Below are positions 46,784 to 57,942 of a stretch of DNA of 64,000 bases, one piece after another (position 1 is the first letter of the stretch; the number at the start of each line of letters is the position of its first letter). Origin of the DNA: Dehalococcoidia bacterium (GTDB taxonomy: Bacteria; Chloroflexota; Dehalococcoidia; Lucifugimonadales; JAGWBF01); contig OZ240207.1 of the NCBI GenBank assembly GCA_965197415.1, positions 2,197,853 through 2,261,852 on the forward strand, given 5' to 3'. A program made the translations under genes and the position numbers. A model generated the notes under the pieces. The model was not told the DNA's origin and did not search any database. It saw nothing but the letters and a program-made list of their open reading frames with translations.

Positions 46784-48064
46784 ATGATTGATTTAGCTAA
46801 GATAATCGTAATAGGCGGTTCAGGCGGCAACGGATGCGTCAGTTTTCGCCGAGAGAAGTTCGTTTCCAGAGGAGGCCCCGACGGCGGGGATGGGGGTCAT
46901 GGCGGGAGTGTTTACATCATTGGGGATGACTCGATAAACACTTTGCTTCACTTAAGGTACAACTCTAGGTGGAAGGGTTCCCGGGGAGTCCACGGTAGAG
47001 GCCAGAACAGACGAGGAGCTAACGGGGAAGATGTGAAGATAAGGGCTCCAATCGGCACGGTGATTTGGAAGATGGGAGATGGGGAGAGAGTCGCTATAGG
47101 GGAGGTGTCGGAAGGTGAGGAGGAGCTCCTGGTTGCTGGTGGAGGCCGCGGCGGTTCCGGCAACGCTCGATTCGCCACTGCGACGCAGCAAGAGCCTCTT
47201 CTGGCTGAGAAGGGAATGGAAGGAGAGCGCGCGGAGCTTTTGTTGGAGTTGAAACTGCTGGCCGATGTGGGGATAGTCGGCAAACCCAACGCCGGAAAGT
47301 CTACGCTCATGTCCGTATGTTCGCGGGCGACTCCCAAGGTGGCACCGTATCCATTCACCACGACGGAGCCAGCTCTGGGAGTGGTTGACCTCGGCGTTGG
47401 GTATGATCCTTTCGTGATGATGGAGGTCCCAGGGCTGATCCAGGGCGCTCACGAGGGATACGGTCTGGGACATGACTTCCTGAGGCACGCGGAGAGGGCT
47501 AGGTTGCTGGTCCACCTAGTGGACGGCAGCGCGGACGACCCCGCTGGGGACATGAAGCAGATAAACCGGGAGTTGAAGGCTTTCGACGATGACCTGGGAT
47601 CGAAGCCGCAGATTGTCGTGGTCAACAAGGTGGATATTCCGGATGTACAGGAGCTTGGAGACGTCCTTCAGGAGACGTTGACCGCAGCGAGCAAGGGCGG
47701 GCCTGCCACGGGCTCCGTGCATTTGGTCTCTGCTGCCACGGGCGAGGGCGTCGACGGCCTGATGCTCAAGGTCGTGGAAACTCTGAGCACACTTCCCAAG
47801 AGCGGACTGCGCATCAGCCCGGCGGTCCCTAAGGCGCCCGACGAACCCCCGCCGTTCACCATCACACGACGAGGAGCGGCATACCACGTATCGGCCCCGA
47901 AGATCGAGCGGATGCTTCCTATGGCGGATCTACGCGACTGGCGGGTGATGATCCAGGTCTGGAAGCAGTTGAGAGACCTGGGCGTAGCTGACGCCTTGGA
48001 AGACATGGGAGTCAAGCCAGGAGATGCGGTTCACATCGGCAGGGCCGAGCTGGAATGGCTTTAG
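46784..48064 (+). CDS. obgE: GTPase Obg
   Basis: Glycine-rich Obg fold (GGNGCVSFRREKF), G1 GKPNAGKST, NKVD and a C-terminal OCT-like domain. Confidence 0.95.
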   Translation: MIDLAKIIVIGGSGGNGCVSFRREKFVSRGGPDGGDGGHGGSVYIIGDDSINTLLHLRYNSRWKGSRGVHGRGQNRRGANGEDVKIRAPIGTVIWKMGDGERVAIGEVSEGEEELLVAGGGRGGSGNARFATATQQEPLLAEKGMEGERAELLLELKLLADVGIVGKPNAGKSTLMSVCSRATPKVAPYPFTTTEPALGVVDLGVGYDPFVMMEVPGLIQGAHEGYGLGHDFLRHAERARLLVHLVDGSADDPAGDMKQINRELKAFDDDLGSKPQIVVVNKVDIPDVQELGDVLQETLTAASKGGPATGSVHLVSAATGEGVDGLMLKVVETLSTLPKSGLRISPAVPKAPDEPPPFTITRRGAAYHVSAPKIERMLPMADLRDWRVMIQVWKQLRDLGVADALEDMGVKPGDAVHIGRAELEWL

Positions 48065-48095
48065 GATGGGAGCAAGCCCGGAGTTCGGGAAGTAG

Positions 48096-48731
48096 ATGCG
48101 GCTCGGATTGATGGGCGGCACCTTCGACCCGATCCACTTAGGGCATCTTCTGGCGGCGGAAGAGGCGTTGGCAAGGTGCCAACTGGACGAGGTGTTGTTT
48201 GTGCCGGCTGGGAGGCCCTGGATGAAGGACGGAGGAGGCGTCTCCCCCGCCCACCATCGCATGAACATGACGACCCTGGCCGTGGCCTACAATCCCCGCT
48301 TCTCGGTCTCCTCCATTGAGGTGGACAGGGAAGGCCCCACGTACACCGTGGACACGCTGGAAGAACTTCGTGACGAGGACTGTTCCAGGGAGATGTTCCT
48401 GATCGTGGGAGCGGACTCGGTGGCGCAGATGGACCGCTGGAAGAAACCGGAGCGTATTCAGGAACTTTGCACCGTTATAGCCGTCCCAAGGCCGGGATAC
48501 GATGCACCCGGCGTCTTGAAGGGAATGGATAAGTCCGCCCGCGTAATATACCTGGACGCCCCGCTTACGGCCATCAGCGCGACGGAAGCGAGAGAAAGGG
48601 TGTCCAGGGGACTTGCGGTGGGTGATTGTGTCCCGGAGGCCGTGGAGGAGTATATTCAGCGGTACGGTCTGTATCAGGTTTCGTCCCTCGCCGTGAATTC
48701 GAACGCGCCGGAGGAGAGTCATGGCGGCTGA
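48096..48731 (+). CDS. nadD: Nicotinate-nucleotide adenylyltransferase
   Basis: GGTFDPIHLGH motif and ISATEAR near the C-terminus. Confidence 0.9.
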   Translation: MRLGLMGGTFDPIHLGHLLAAEEALARCQLDEVLFVPAGRPWMKDGGGVSPAHHRMNMTTLAVAYNPRFSVSSIEVDREGPTYTVDTLEELRDEDCSREMFLIVGADSVAQMDRWKKPERIQELCTVIAVPRPGYDAPGVLKGMDKSARVIYLDAPLTAISATEARERVSRGLAVGDCVPEAVEEYIQRYGLYQVSSLAVNSNAPEESHGG

Positions 48732-49281
48732 GGCTGAACGTCTGCTTGAATTGGCCGTGCGCCTTGGGGCGCTGACGTACGGGGAGTTCACTCTCTCTTC
48801 AGGCAAAGTCAGCCCCTACTACTTCGATGGACGACTTTTGACGCTTGACCCGGAGGGCGCCTTCCTGGTTGGACGAGCTTTCCTACCGGTGGTTAGAGAG
48901 GCTGGAGCCGAGGCGGTTGGTGGCCCCACATTAGGCGCTGACCCCATGGCCACGGCCATTGCGTTGACCAGCCACGTGGAAGGTACTCCCATACCGGCTT
49001 TCATAGTCAGGAAAGAGACTAAGGGCCACGGCGCGGGCCGGGCCATCGAGGGGCCGTTGCCTGAGGGATGCAAGGTTGCTGTCGTGGACGATACGTGCAC
49101 GTTGGGAGGCTCTCTGATTAACGCCATAGAGGCCGCTGAGGCCGCCGGTTGCACAGTGGTCAAAGTGGCCACCATACTGGACAGGCAAGAGGGCGGGAGC
49201 CACGAGATTCGCCGCCGAGGTTATGACTACTGGACCCTGCTGGAGGCTACGCCCGACGGCAAGGTAAAGCCAGCAGTCTAG
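48721..49281 (+). CDS. pyrE: Orotate phosphoribosyltransferase
   Basis: GEFTLSSGK.SPYYFD and the PRPP loop VAVVDDTCTLGGS. Confidence 0.85.
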   Translation: MAAEAERLLELAVRLGALTYGEFTLSSGKVSPYYFDGRLLTLDPEGAFLVGRAFLPVVREAGAEAVGGPTLGADPMATAIALTSHVEGTPIPAFIVRKETKGHGAGRAIEGPLPEGCKVAVVDDTCTLGGSLINAIEAAEAAGCTVVKVATILDRQEGGSHEIRRRGYDYWTLLEATPDGKVKPAV

Positions 49282-49283
49282 CC

Positions 49284-49316
49284 CCCTCTCCCTCAGGGAG
49301 AGGGTTGGGGTGAGGG
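49284..49316. repeat. 33-nt dispersed palindromic repeat, copy B (inverted)
   Basis: CCCTCTCCCTCAGGGAGAGGGTTGGGGTGAGGG sits between the convergent pyrE and gyrB genes. Confidence 0.9.
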
Positions 49317-49317
49317 T

Positions 49318-51246
<1,929 letters not shown>

Positions 51247-51474
51247 CTACACTCCCCGATCCGAGTCCACCCCACACTTGAGAAATCTAAGAAACAGATA
51301 CGAAATACGCTTGTTTAATTATACCATTCAGCCCCATTTATTTCCTGTGATTTCAGCGTCGATTAAGCCCCATTTCTTTATGTAAGTTGAGTATTTGTCG
51401 TGTAGGCAAGATAATACGTGCTCCGGTTTATCATCCTATGAATTAAGAAGCGGCAGAGGACAAAGAGACGGACA

Positions 51475-52788
51475 TTGGAGACACGGGTTTGGTTTGACCG
51501 GATCACGGGAGGCCGTATTTTCTACGGCTGGTTCGTGCTCGGAATCTCCTCCCTCATAATCTTTGTAGCCAATGGAATCTTCTTCCGAGGCTTCAACGTC
51601 TTCTTTGTGCCCGTGCAGGAATCTCTGCGTCTCCGGCAAGAGCAGACGGCTTTGGTATTTTCCCTTGCCAGGGCCCAGGGAGAGGTCCTGGGGCCGGTTG
51701 CCGCCTGGCTGATAGACAAGTTCGGCGCCAAAGCAGTCATCATTTTGGGACTTGTGATAGCCGGAGTGGGGTATCTGGCCTTCTCCAGGGTCGACAACTA
51801 CCTGGGTTTCGCCCTCATCTACCTGGGCGTCATAGCCGCCCCCAACGCCATTTCAGTCCAGCACGGCTTGTTCAACATGATCAATATGTGGTTCATAAGG
51901 CACCGTGGTCTGGCTCTCGCGATATTCGCAACCATCGCTGCCGTAGGGGCCGCCGCGCTGGTCCCGCTGGTCAATGTCATGATCATCAAGTTCAGCTGGG
52001 AGCAGGTGTCGTTGATTATAGGGCTGGGCTACGTGGTCCTCATGGCCCCGCTGGGGCTGTGGCTGCACAGCGCCCCGGAAAACGTCGGTCTCCGCCCCGA
52101 CGGGGACAGGCCCAGGGCGCATGTTGCGGTGCCCGGCGCGGAGCCCCGCAGTCCGAGCAGGGGCAGCGTGGACTTCACTGTCAACGAGGCCGTCAGGACC
52201 TCGGCGTTTTGGATGATAGTCCTTGGCCAGATATTTCGCCGTGCCGGAGCCCTGGGAATTTTGATCAACCTCCAGCCCATCATGTTTACCAAGGGAGTGG
52301 GAGAGAGCGCCTTTGGGTTCCTCCTCGTAATTCTGTTCGTTGTCAACATAGTATCCCGCATACCAGTTGGCTGGGTTTCCGACAAGGTGCCAAGGAGCCT
52401 CGTCGTGTCGGGATGTCTGGCTCTGGAGGGCCTTGCGACCTTGTTCCTGCTAACCGGGGAGTGGAACGGGTCTGCGTGGGGCATATACCTGTACCTGATA
52501 TTGGCCGGAATAGGCGACGCTTCCGGTTTCTTGCTGTGGGCCACCGTGGGAGACATCTACGGGCGCACCAGGTTTGCGGCGTTGAGGGGAATGATTACCT
52601 TCTCTTCTTCGTGGATGATGATACTGGCCCCCTGGTTCGTGGGCTGGTGGGGAGAACGCCACACCACCTACGACTTTCCGTTGACGCTGGCTGTCATATT
52701 CATGGGAGCGGCAGCGGTGTGTTTGCTGTTTGTGCGGCGGCCTGTGAAAAGGGACCCGTTCACCATTTCGTCCAGCGCGTTGGGTTGA
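51475..52788 (+). CDS. MFS transporter
   Basis: About 12 hydrophobic segments with a central loop. Confidence 0.75.
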   Translation: METRVWFDRITGGRIFYGWFVLGISSLIIFVANGIFFRGFNVFFVPVQESLRLRQEQTALVFSLARAQGEVLGPVAAWLIDKFGAKAVIILGLVIAGVGYLAFSRVDNYLGFALIYLGVIAAPNAISVQHGLFNMINMWFIRHRGLALAIFATIAAVGAAALVPLVNVMIIKFSWEQVSLIIGLGYVVLMAPLGLWLHSAPENVGLRPDGDRPRAHVAVPGAEPRSPSRGSVDFTVNEAVRTSAFWMIVLGQIFRRAGALGILINLQPIMFTKGVGESAFGFLLVILFVVNIVSRIPVGWVSDKVPRSLVVSGCLALEGLATLFLLTGEWNGSAWGIYLYLILAGIGDASGFLLWATVGDIYGRTRFAALRGMITFSSSWMMILAPWFVGWWGERHTTYDFPLTLAVIFMGAAAVCLLFVRRPVKRDPFTISSSALG

Positions 52789-52861
52789 GCGCCGTTGCTT
52801 CTGACTGCGCGCCGCGGCGCCGGTGTATAATGGGCGGGCGCATACAGAAAGGGGGTCCAAA

Positions 52862-54355
52862 GTGGCCACACGCTCTTTCCTCGGCAACGTCAACGCTCCC
52901 GAGTTCCCGTCAGGCAAGGACTGGCTCAACACAGGCAGGCCCATCAGCATGAAAGACCTGCGGGGGAAAATCGTGATCCTGGACTTCTGGACGTCCTGTT
53001 GAGTCAACTGCATGCACGTATTTCCGCAGTTGCGGAAACTGGAGCAGAAATACGCGGCGGAGCTGGTTGTGGTGGGAGTCCACTCGGCCAAGTTCACCTC
53101 CGAGCGGGACACGAACAACCTGAGGAAGGCGGTGCTCAGGTTCGAGTTGCAGCACCCGGTTGTGAATGACGGGGACTTCAGCATCTGGCGGGAGTACGGC
53201 TGCCGCGCATGGCCCACGCTGATGTTCGTGGACCCCCAGGGCAAGGTCATTGGAAAGCATGAGGGAGAGATCAGCTTCGAGCAGTTCGACGTCGTGCTTG
53301 GTCGGATGGTCCAGGAGTTTGACGAGAAGGGGATATTGGACCGGACAGCCCGTTTGGACTTCCAGCTGGAAGTCCAAGAGTCCCCGGGCCTCTCCTTCCC
53401 GGGCAAGATACTGGCTGACGAGGCTTCCGGACGCCTGTTTATCGCTGACTCCAACAACAACCGGATCGTGGCTTCTGACCTGGACGGGAATGTGACCCAC
53501 GTCATCGGAAGCGGCCAACAGGGCTTGGCCGACGGGGACTTTGGCTCCGCGCAGTTCGATCACCCCCAGGGAATGGCCCTGTCGGAAGACGGGCACATCC
53601 TCTACGTCGCCGACACCGAGAACCATGCCATACGGAAGGTTGACCTGGAGACCGGGACCGTCGAGACGGTCGCAGGCACTGGCGAGCAGGCGCAGGGGCG
53701 TTCCGGGGGCGGACCTGCGCTGCAGACGGCCCTCAGTTCACCCTGGGACGTGGCTGTCCACAATGGGGTCGTGCACATTGCAATGGCGGGAGGCCACCAG
53801 CTCTGGGCGCTTCACTTGGAGTCGGGGCAGGTCGGCGTCTACGCAGGCAATGGTCGTGAGGCTCCCATCGACGGTCCTCTGTTGTCGGCCTCGCTAGACC
53901 AGCCTACAGGCATCACCTCGGACGGCCAGCGGCTCTACTTTGCCGACAGCGAGGCCAGCGCCGTCAGGTACGCCGACCTGGACCCGTCAGGACGGGTGGG
54001 AACCATCGTGGGCGAGGACCTGTTCGTGTGGGGCGACGTGGACGGAATTGGCGAGCAGGTCCGCCTTCAGCACGTCCAGGGCGTCGACTGGCACGACGGA
54101 GTCCTGTACATAGCCGACACCTACAACAACAAGATCAAGAAGGTCTACCCGGCCACGAGGAGCGTACTCACGTTCCTTGGAAGCGGCGAACATGGGCACG
54201 CGGACGGTCCCGCGTTCGAGGCACGCTTCCACGAGCCTTCGGGCGTCAGCGCCGCGGGAGGGAAACTCTACGTGGCCGACACCAACAACCACGCCATCCG
54301 TGTCGCCAGCCTGGAAACGGGCCATGTGGAGACCCTGGAGTTGCGGGGACTGTAG
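52862..54355 (+). CDS. Thioredoxin-fold + NHL-repeat protein; candidate selenoprotein (in-frame TGA at 53000-53002)
   Basis: The track ORF 53012-54355 is the certain part. The same frame upstream reads [59 protein letters not shown]. The TGA falls on the first Cys of the expected CxxC. A hairpin lies at 53021-53038, and a GTG at 52862 has AAGGGGG upstream. Confidence 0.55.
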
Positions 54356-54386
54356 AAGCGGCTCATCATGGCTCGTTGAGCAAGCC

Positions 54387-54929
54387 ATGACCGTTCGGAT
54401 AAGAGCGGCAGGTTCAGCCTACGCCGGTTCTATAGCAAGGGTTCATGTCGATGTGTGGCGGACGACATATGTCGGCATCGTTTCGGACCGTTATCTGGCC
54501 GACCTTTCATACCAGTCTAGCGAAACGTGGTGGGCTGACATTCTGGCGACTCCTCAGACAGCTGCGTGCACCTTTGTTGCCGAGACTGGTGAAGGTGAGG
54601 TCGTAGGCTTTGCGCGTGGCGGACTGGAAAGCGGAGGCGACCTGACGTACAAGGGTGAACTCTACACCGTATATCTGTTCAAAGACCATCAGCGTAAGGG
54701 TGTCGGTAAGAGCCTTGTGTCAGCCGTAGCTCGGAGCCTGCTAGCCAGCAAGGTCGACTCTATGTTGGTGTGGGTCTTCGAGGAAAATCGCCCGGCATGC
54801 CGATTCTACGAGTCGTTGGGAGGCCAGCAGATTGGTCGGAAGAATGTAGAGATCGGTGGTGCAAACGTCGCGGAAGTGTCGTACGGTTGGACGGACATCT
54901 TAGGCTTGGTGACCGATAGCGTAGTGTGA
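54387..54929 (+). CDS. GNAT-family N-acetyltransferase
   Basis: QRKGVGKSLV acetyl-CoA binding motif (Q/RxxGxG/A) and NRPACRFYESLG. Confidence 0.8.
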   Translation: MTVRIRAAGSAYAGSIARVHVDVWRTTYVGIVSDRYLADLSYQSSETWWADILATPQTAACTFVAETGEGEVVGFARGGLESGGDLTYKGELYTVYLFKDHQRKGVGKSLVSAVARSLLASKVDSMLVWVFEENRPACRFYESLGGQQIGRKNVEIGGANVAEVSYGWTDILGLVTDSVV

Positions 54930-54972
54930 TCGCTAGGGACGGTCACGGCACGAATCACCGCCATCCCAACTG

Positions 54973-56157
54973 CTACAAGCCGAACCGCTTTGCCGCCGCG
55001 GCGAACCCCTCCAGAGAGCCTTCCAGAACCTGGTCCTCCAGGCAGTAGGACACCCGGAAATGGCCCGGCTGCCCGAAGCCTCGTCCGGGCACCACCAGCA
55101 CGTTGTAACGCTGCAATTCATCCACGAAGGCCAGGTCGTCCTCTCCGGGAGCCTTTGGGAACAGGTAGAAAGCTCCCTGGGGTCTGAAGCAGTCGTACCC
55201 CAGGGCCGTCAAAGCGCCGTGGATGAAGTCCCGCTTCCGCTGGTAGTCCGACACGTCCACGGTGACCCCTTGCAGCGCCTTCACCACATGCTGCATTAGG
55301 GCGGGTGCGTTCACTATGCCCAGGATGCGGTTGCAGAAGGTCAGGCCGTCGGCCAGTTGAGTTTTCCCCTCGTAGGCCGGGTTGACGGCTATGTACCCGA
55401 TGCGCTCGCCGGGGAGGGCCAGGTCCTTGGCGTGGGAGTGGACCACCATGGAAGCTTCGTAGTGGGGGTAGACGTGGGGGTAGGATAGGCCGTCGTAGAT
55501 GATGCGGCGGTAGGGCTCGTCGCTAATCAGGAATATCTCCGAGTCGAACTGAGCGCTCTTCACGCGCAGAAGGTCTCCCAGCTCAGAAAGGATGTTGGAC
55601 CCATACACCGCCCCCGACGGGTTGTTGGGTGAGTTGATTAACACGGCCCTGGTTTTGGGCGTTATGAGGCCCTCCAGCGCCGCCAGGTCCGGCTGAAACG
55701 CGGCGTCGGTGGGCACCGTGATGGGTACACCGCCGTGGTTGTCGGTGTAGTAGACGTACTCCACGAAATAAGGGGCGAAGATAATTACCTCGTCCCCGGG
55801 ATTCAGGATGGTCTTGAGCGCCACGTTGAGGCCGGCGGCGGCGCCCGCCGTCATGACGATTTCGGCGCCGGTCATGTCCACCCCGGCCTCCTCCCGTATC
55901 CCTGCCGCCACCGCCTCCCGGGTGTCGGCGTAGCCCGCATTGGGCATGTAGCGGTGCATACCCGGAACCTCGCTGGCGGCGAGGCGTTGGAGCTCTGCCC
56001 TGAACTCGGCGGGCGGCTCCACTACGGGGTTGCCCAGAGAGAGGTCGAAGACCTTGTCGTCGCCGTACTGTTGCTTCAGGGCGATGCCCGCCTCGAACAT
56101 CTTCCTGATCCACCCGCCCTCTTCCACGAACTTCGCCACCTTCTCCGAAAGGGCCAT
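54973..56157 (-). CDS. Class I/II PLP-dependent aminotransferase (aspartate/alanine aminotransferase-like)
   Basis: LSLGNP, NSPNNPSG and SHAKDLALPGERIGY (Lys site) blocks. The start at 56157 has AGGAGG 8 nt upstream. Confidence 0.85.
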   Translation of the reverse strand: MALSEKVAKFVEEGGWIRKMFEAGIALKQQYGDDKVFDLSLGNPVVEPPAEFRAELQRLAASEVPGMHRYMPNAGYADTREAVAAGIREEAGVDMTGAEIVMTAGAAAGLNVALKTILNPGDEVIIFAPYFVEYVYYTDNHGGVPITVPTDAAFQPDLAALEGLITPKTRAVLINSPNNPSGAVYGSNILSELGDLLRVKSAQFDSEIFLISDEPYRRIIYDGLSYPHVYPHYEASMVVHSHAKDLALPGERIGYIAVNPAYEGKTQLADGLTFCNRILGIVNAPALMQHVVKALQGVTVDVSDYQRKRDFIHGALTALGYDCFRPQGAFYLFPKAPGEDDLAFVDELQRYNVLVVPGRGFGQPGHFRVSYCLEDQVLEGSLEGFAAAAKRFGL

Positions 56158-56346
56158 AGGGTACGCCTCCTGAAAGAGCCTGTTCAGCAGACTATAAAAC
56201 GGCGGCGGCAGGGTGTCCAGCAAAGGGGCGTTGTGCGCGTTGACACGCTTAAGGGTGTATGGTTACATTGGAAATCTGGGGACTGCCGGCGTCATGGCGG
56301 CAGCCCCTGTTCCAGCAGCCCCGTTTTCGGGCAGCCGTAAGGTTGT

Positions 56347-56421
56347 GGCAACGTAGCTCAGGGGCAGAGCGGGCGCTTCATAAGCGCTAGGTCGGTGGTT
56401 CGAACCCACCCGTTGCCACCA
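56347..56421 (+). tRNA. tRNA-Met (anticodon CAT; elongator or Ile2-type, not initiator), CCA encoded
   Basis: Cloverleaf folded by hand: acceptor GGCAACG/CGTTGCC, D arm GCTC/GAGC, anticodon loop TTCATAA, T arm GGTGG-TTCGAAC-CCACC. Confidence 0.9.
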
Positions 56422-56502
56422 GCAGTCCCCTCCTCGCCTCTCCGGAGCTTCTCCGGCCACCATCTGCAGTATACGCAGAACGTCCGTCTACCAGATCGTC
56501 TA

Positions 56503-56704
56503 AAAAGCAACGTAGGTTACATTTGTCCAACCAATTTGCAACTTTTAGGAGGATAAGTTACATTTGCTTCTATGCCGGACTATCATTTCTATTTGACTAG
56601 CGTCGACAGAAGTCGGGAGCCTAGTGAAGCGCGCAAGGCAAAAAGCAACTCAGGTTACATTTGCTATACCCATTTGCAACTTTTGCCTCAATAAGTTACA
56701 TTTG
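56503..56704 (+). repeat. Two 64-nt direct repeats (56503-56566 and 56641-56704), each holding two GTTACATTTG boxes
   Basis: AAAAGCAAC..AGGTTACATTTG....ACC.ATTTGCAACTTTT.......ATAAGTTACATTTG was read twice. The region is A/T-rich and lies between tRNA-Met and fic. Confidence 0.85.
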
Positions 56705-56736
56705 GTAGATGTTCTTGGAAAGCGATAACTCTGCGT

Positions 56737-57867
56737 ATGTCCAGCCAACTCCTTAGTGCAAGCCCAATCGGGCGAATGGTAGCGATTGAAAACGGAGTCG
56801 AAACCTACGTTCCGAACCCTCTTCCCCGAAGCCTTGACATCAATGGTCCGTTGCTAAAGAGGCTGGACGAGGCGTCTCGTTCGGTGTCGGTGCTGGCCGG
56901 AGTGGGCGAAACAATCCCCAATCCTAACCTGCTTATACGTCCCTTCATGCGGCGCGAGGCTGTATTATCTTCCAGCATCGAAGGGACCCAGGCATCAATA
57001 TCGGACTTATTCATCTATGAAGCGTCGGGGATTCGCAGAAGAGATGTCGTGGAAGTCTCAAACTATACCCGCGCTCTGGACCTGGGTCTGGACCTGTTGA
57101 ACATGCTGCCGATTTCGCTCAGACTGGTGAACCGTGTGCACGAGAGTCTCTTAACGGGTGTCCAAGGCGATGAAAAAAGACCGGGTGAATTAAGGAACGC
57201 CCAAGTTTGGATCGGCCACCAGGGAGCCGACATCAGGGACGCCAGATTTGTTCCCCCGCCGCCGCACATGTTGTCAGAGCTTCTGTTGGACTGGGAGAGG
57301 TTCGTAAACGAAGAGTCGGATCTCCCGCCGTTGGTCCAGTGCGCTCTGATGCACTACCAATTTGAAGCCATACATCCTTATTTGGACGGGAACGGCCGCG
57401 TGGGGCGCTTGCTTATAATCCTGTTTTTGTGTGCCAAAAGGGTGCTTTCAGAACCCTTGTTGTACCTTAGCGCCTATTTCGAGAAGGACAAGAACCAATA
57501 TTACGACCAACTGCTCGGCCTTAGCCAAACCGGAGAATGGAATGTCTGGCTTGATTATTTTCTCAAGGGAGTTGCCGAGCAATCGCAGGACGCCCTTGAC
57601 CGGGTCAGGCGTATACGCCAATTGCAAGACCGCTATAGGCTCGACTTCCAGGACCGACGTGCCTCCGCGAACACTTTGCGGCTGGTAGACCAGTTGTTTG
57701 CTTCGCCCTATGTCACTGGACCTTGGGCGGCTAGAGTCCTCAATGTGTCTCAGACGGGAGCTAGAAGAATCATCGACTCTCTAGTATCTTACGGTGTGCT
57801 TGAGGAAGTCGAAGGCATGTGGCCAAGGGTTTACGTGGCTAGAGAGCTTCTAGAAGCTATCGAGTAG
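56737..57867 (+). CDS. Fic-family protein (AMPylator-type), class II with N-terminal inhibitory motif
   Basis: Fic motif HPYLDGNGRVGR (57373-57408). The inhibitory (S/T)xxxE(G/N) motif is SSSIEG (56968-56985). The C-terminus is wHTH-like. Confidence 0.9.
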   Translation: MSSQLLSASPIGRMVAIENGVETYVPNPLPRSLDINGPLLKRLDEASRSVSVLAGVGETIPNPNLLIRPFMRREAVLSSSIEGTQASISDLFIYEASGIRRRDVVEVSNYTRALDLGLDLLNMLPISLRLVNRVHESLLTGVQGDEKRPGELRNAQVWIGHQGADIRDARFVPPPPHMLSELLLDWERFVNEESDLPPLVQCALMHYQFEAIHPYLDGNGRVGRLLIILFLCAKRVLSEPLLYLSAYFEKDKNQYYDQLLGLSQTGEWNVWLDYFLKGVAEQSQDALDRVRRIRQLQDRYRLDFQDRRASANTLRLVDQLFASPYVTGPWAARVLNVSQTGARRIIDSLVSYGVLEEVEGMWPRVYVARELLEAIE

Positions 57868-57942
57868 AGAGCGAATAAGGGCAATAACTGCGCCGGGTGT
57901 TGGTGATGATGCCAGCGTTCGCCAAAGAAACAGGTGAGATAG

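Noticed and set aside
56347-56421. Whether the CAT-anticodon tRNA is the initiator tRNA-fMet.
   Set aside because: The 1:72 pair is a normal G:C. The anticodon stem lacks the three consecutive G:C pairs typical of bacterial initiators, so it was called elongator Met or possibly Ile2.
56572-56703. 43-aa ORF (MPDYHFYLTS...) lying between the two 64-nt repeats upstream of fic, considered as a possible antitoxin.
   Set aside because: The GGAGG is about 19 nt from the ATG. The ORF runs through repeat copy 2 and has no recognisable fold, and this Fic already has an internal inhibitory motif.
57868-57942. Search for a direct repeat of the tRNA-Met 3' end downstream of fic, which would be the attR of a mini-island.
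   Set aside because: No convincing match to GGTTCGAACCCACCCGTTGCCACCA was seen in the fic-surE gap.
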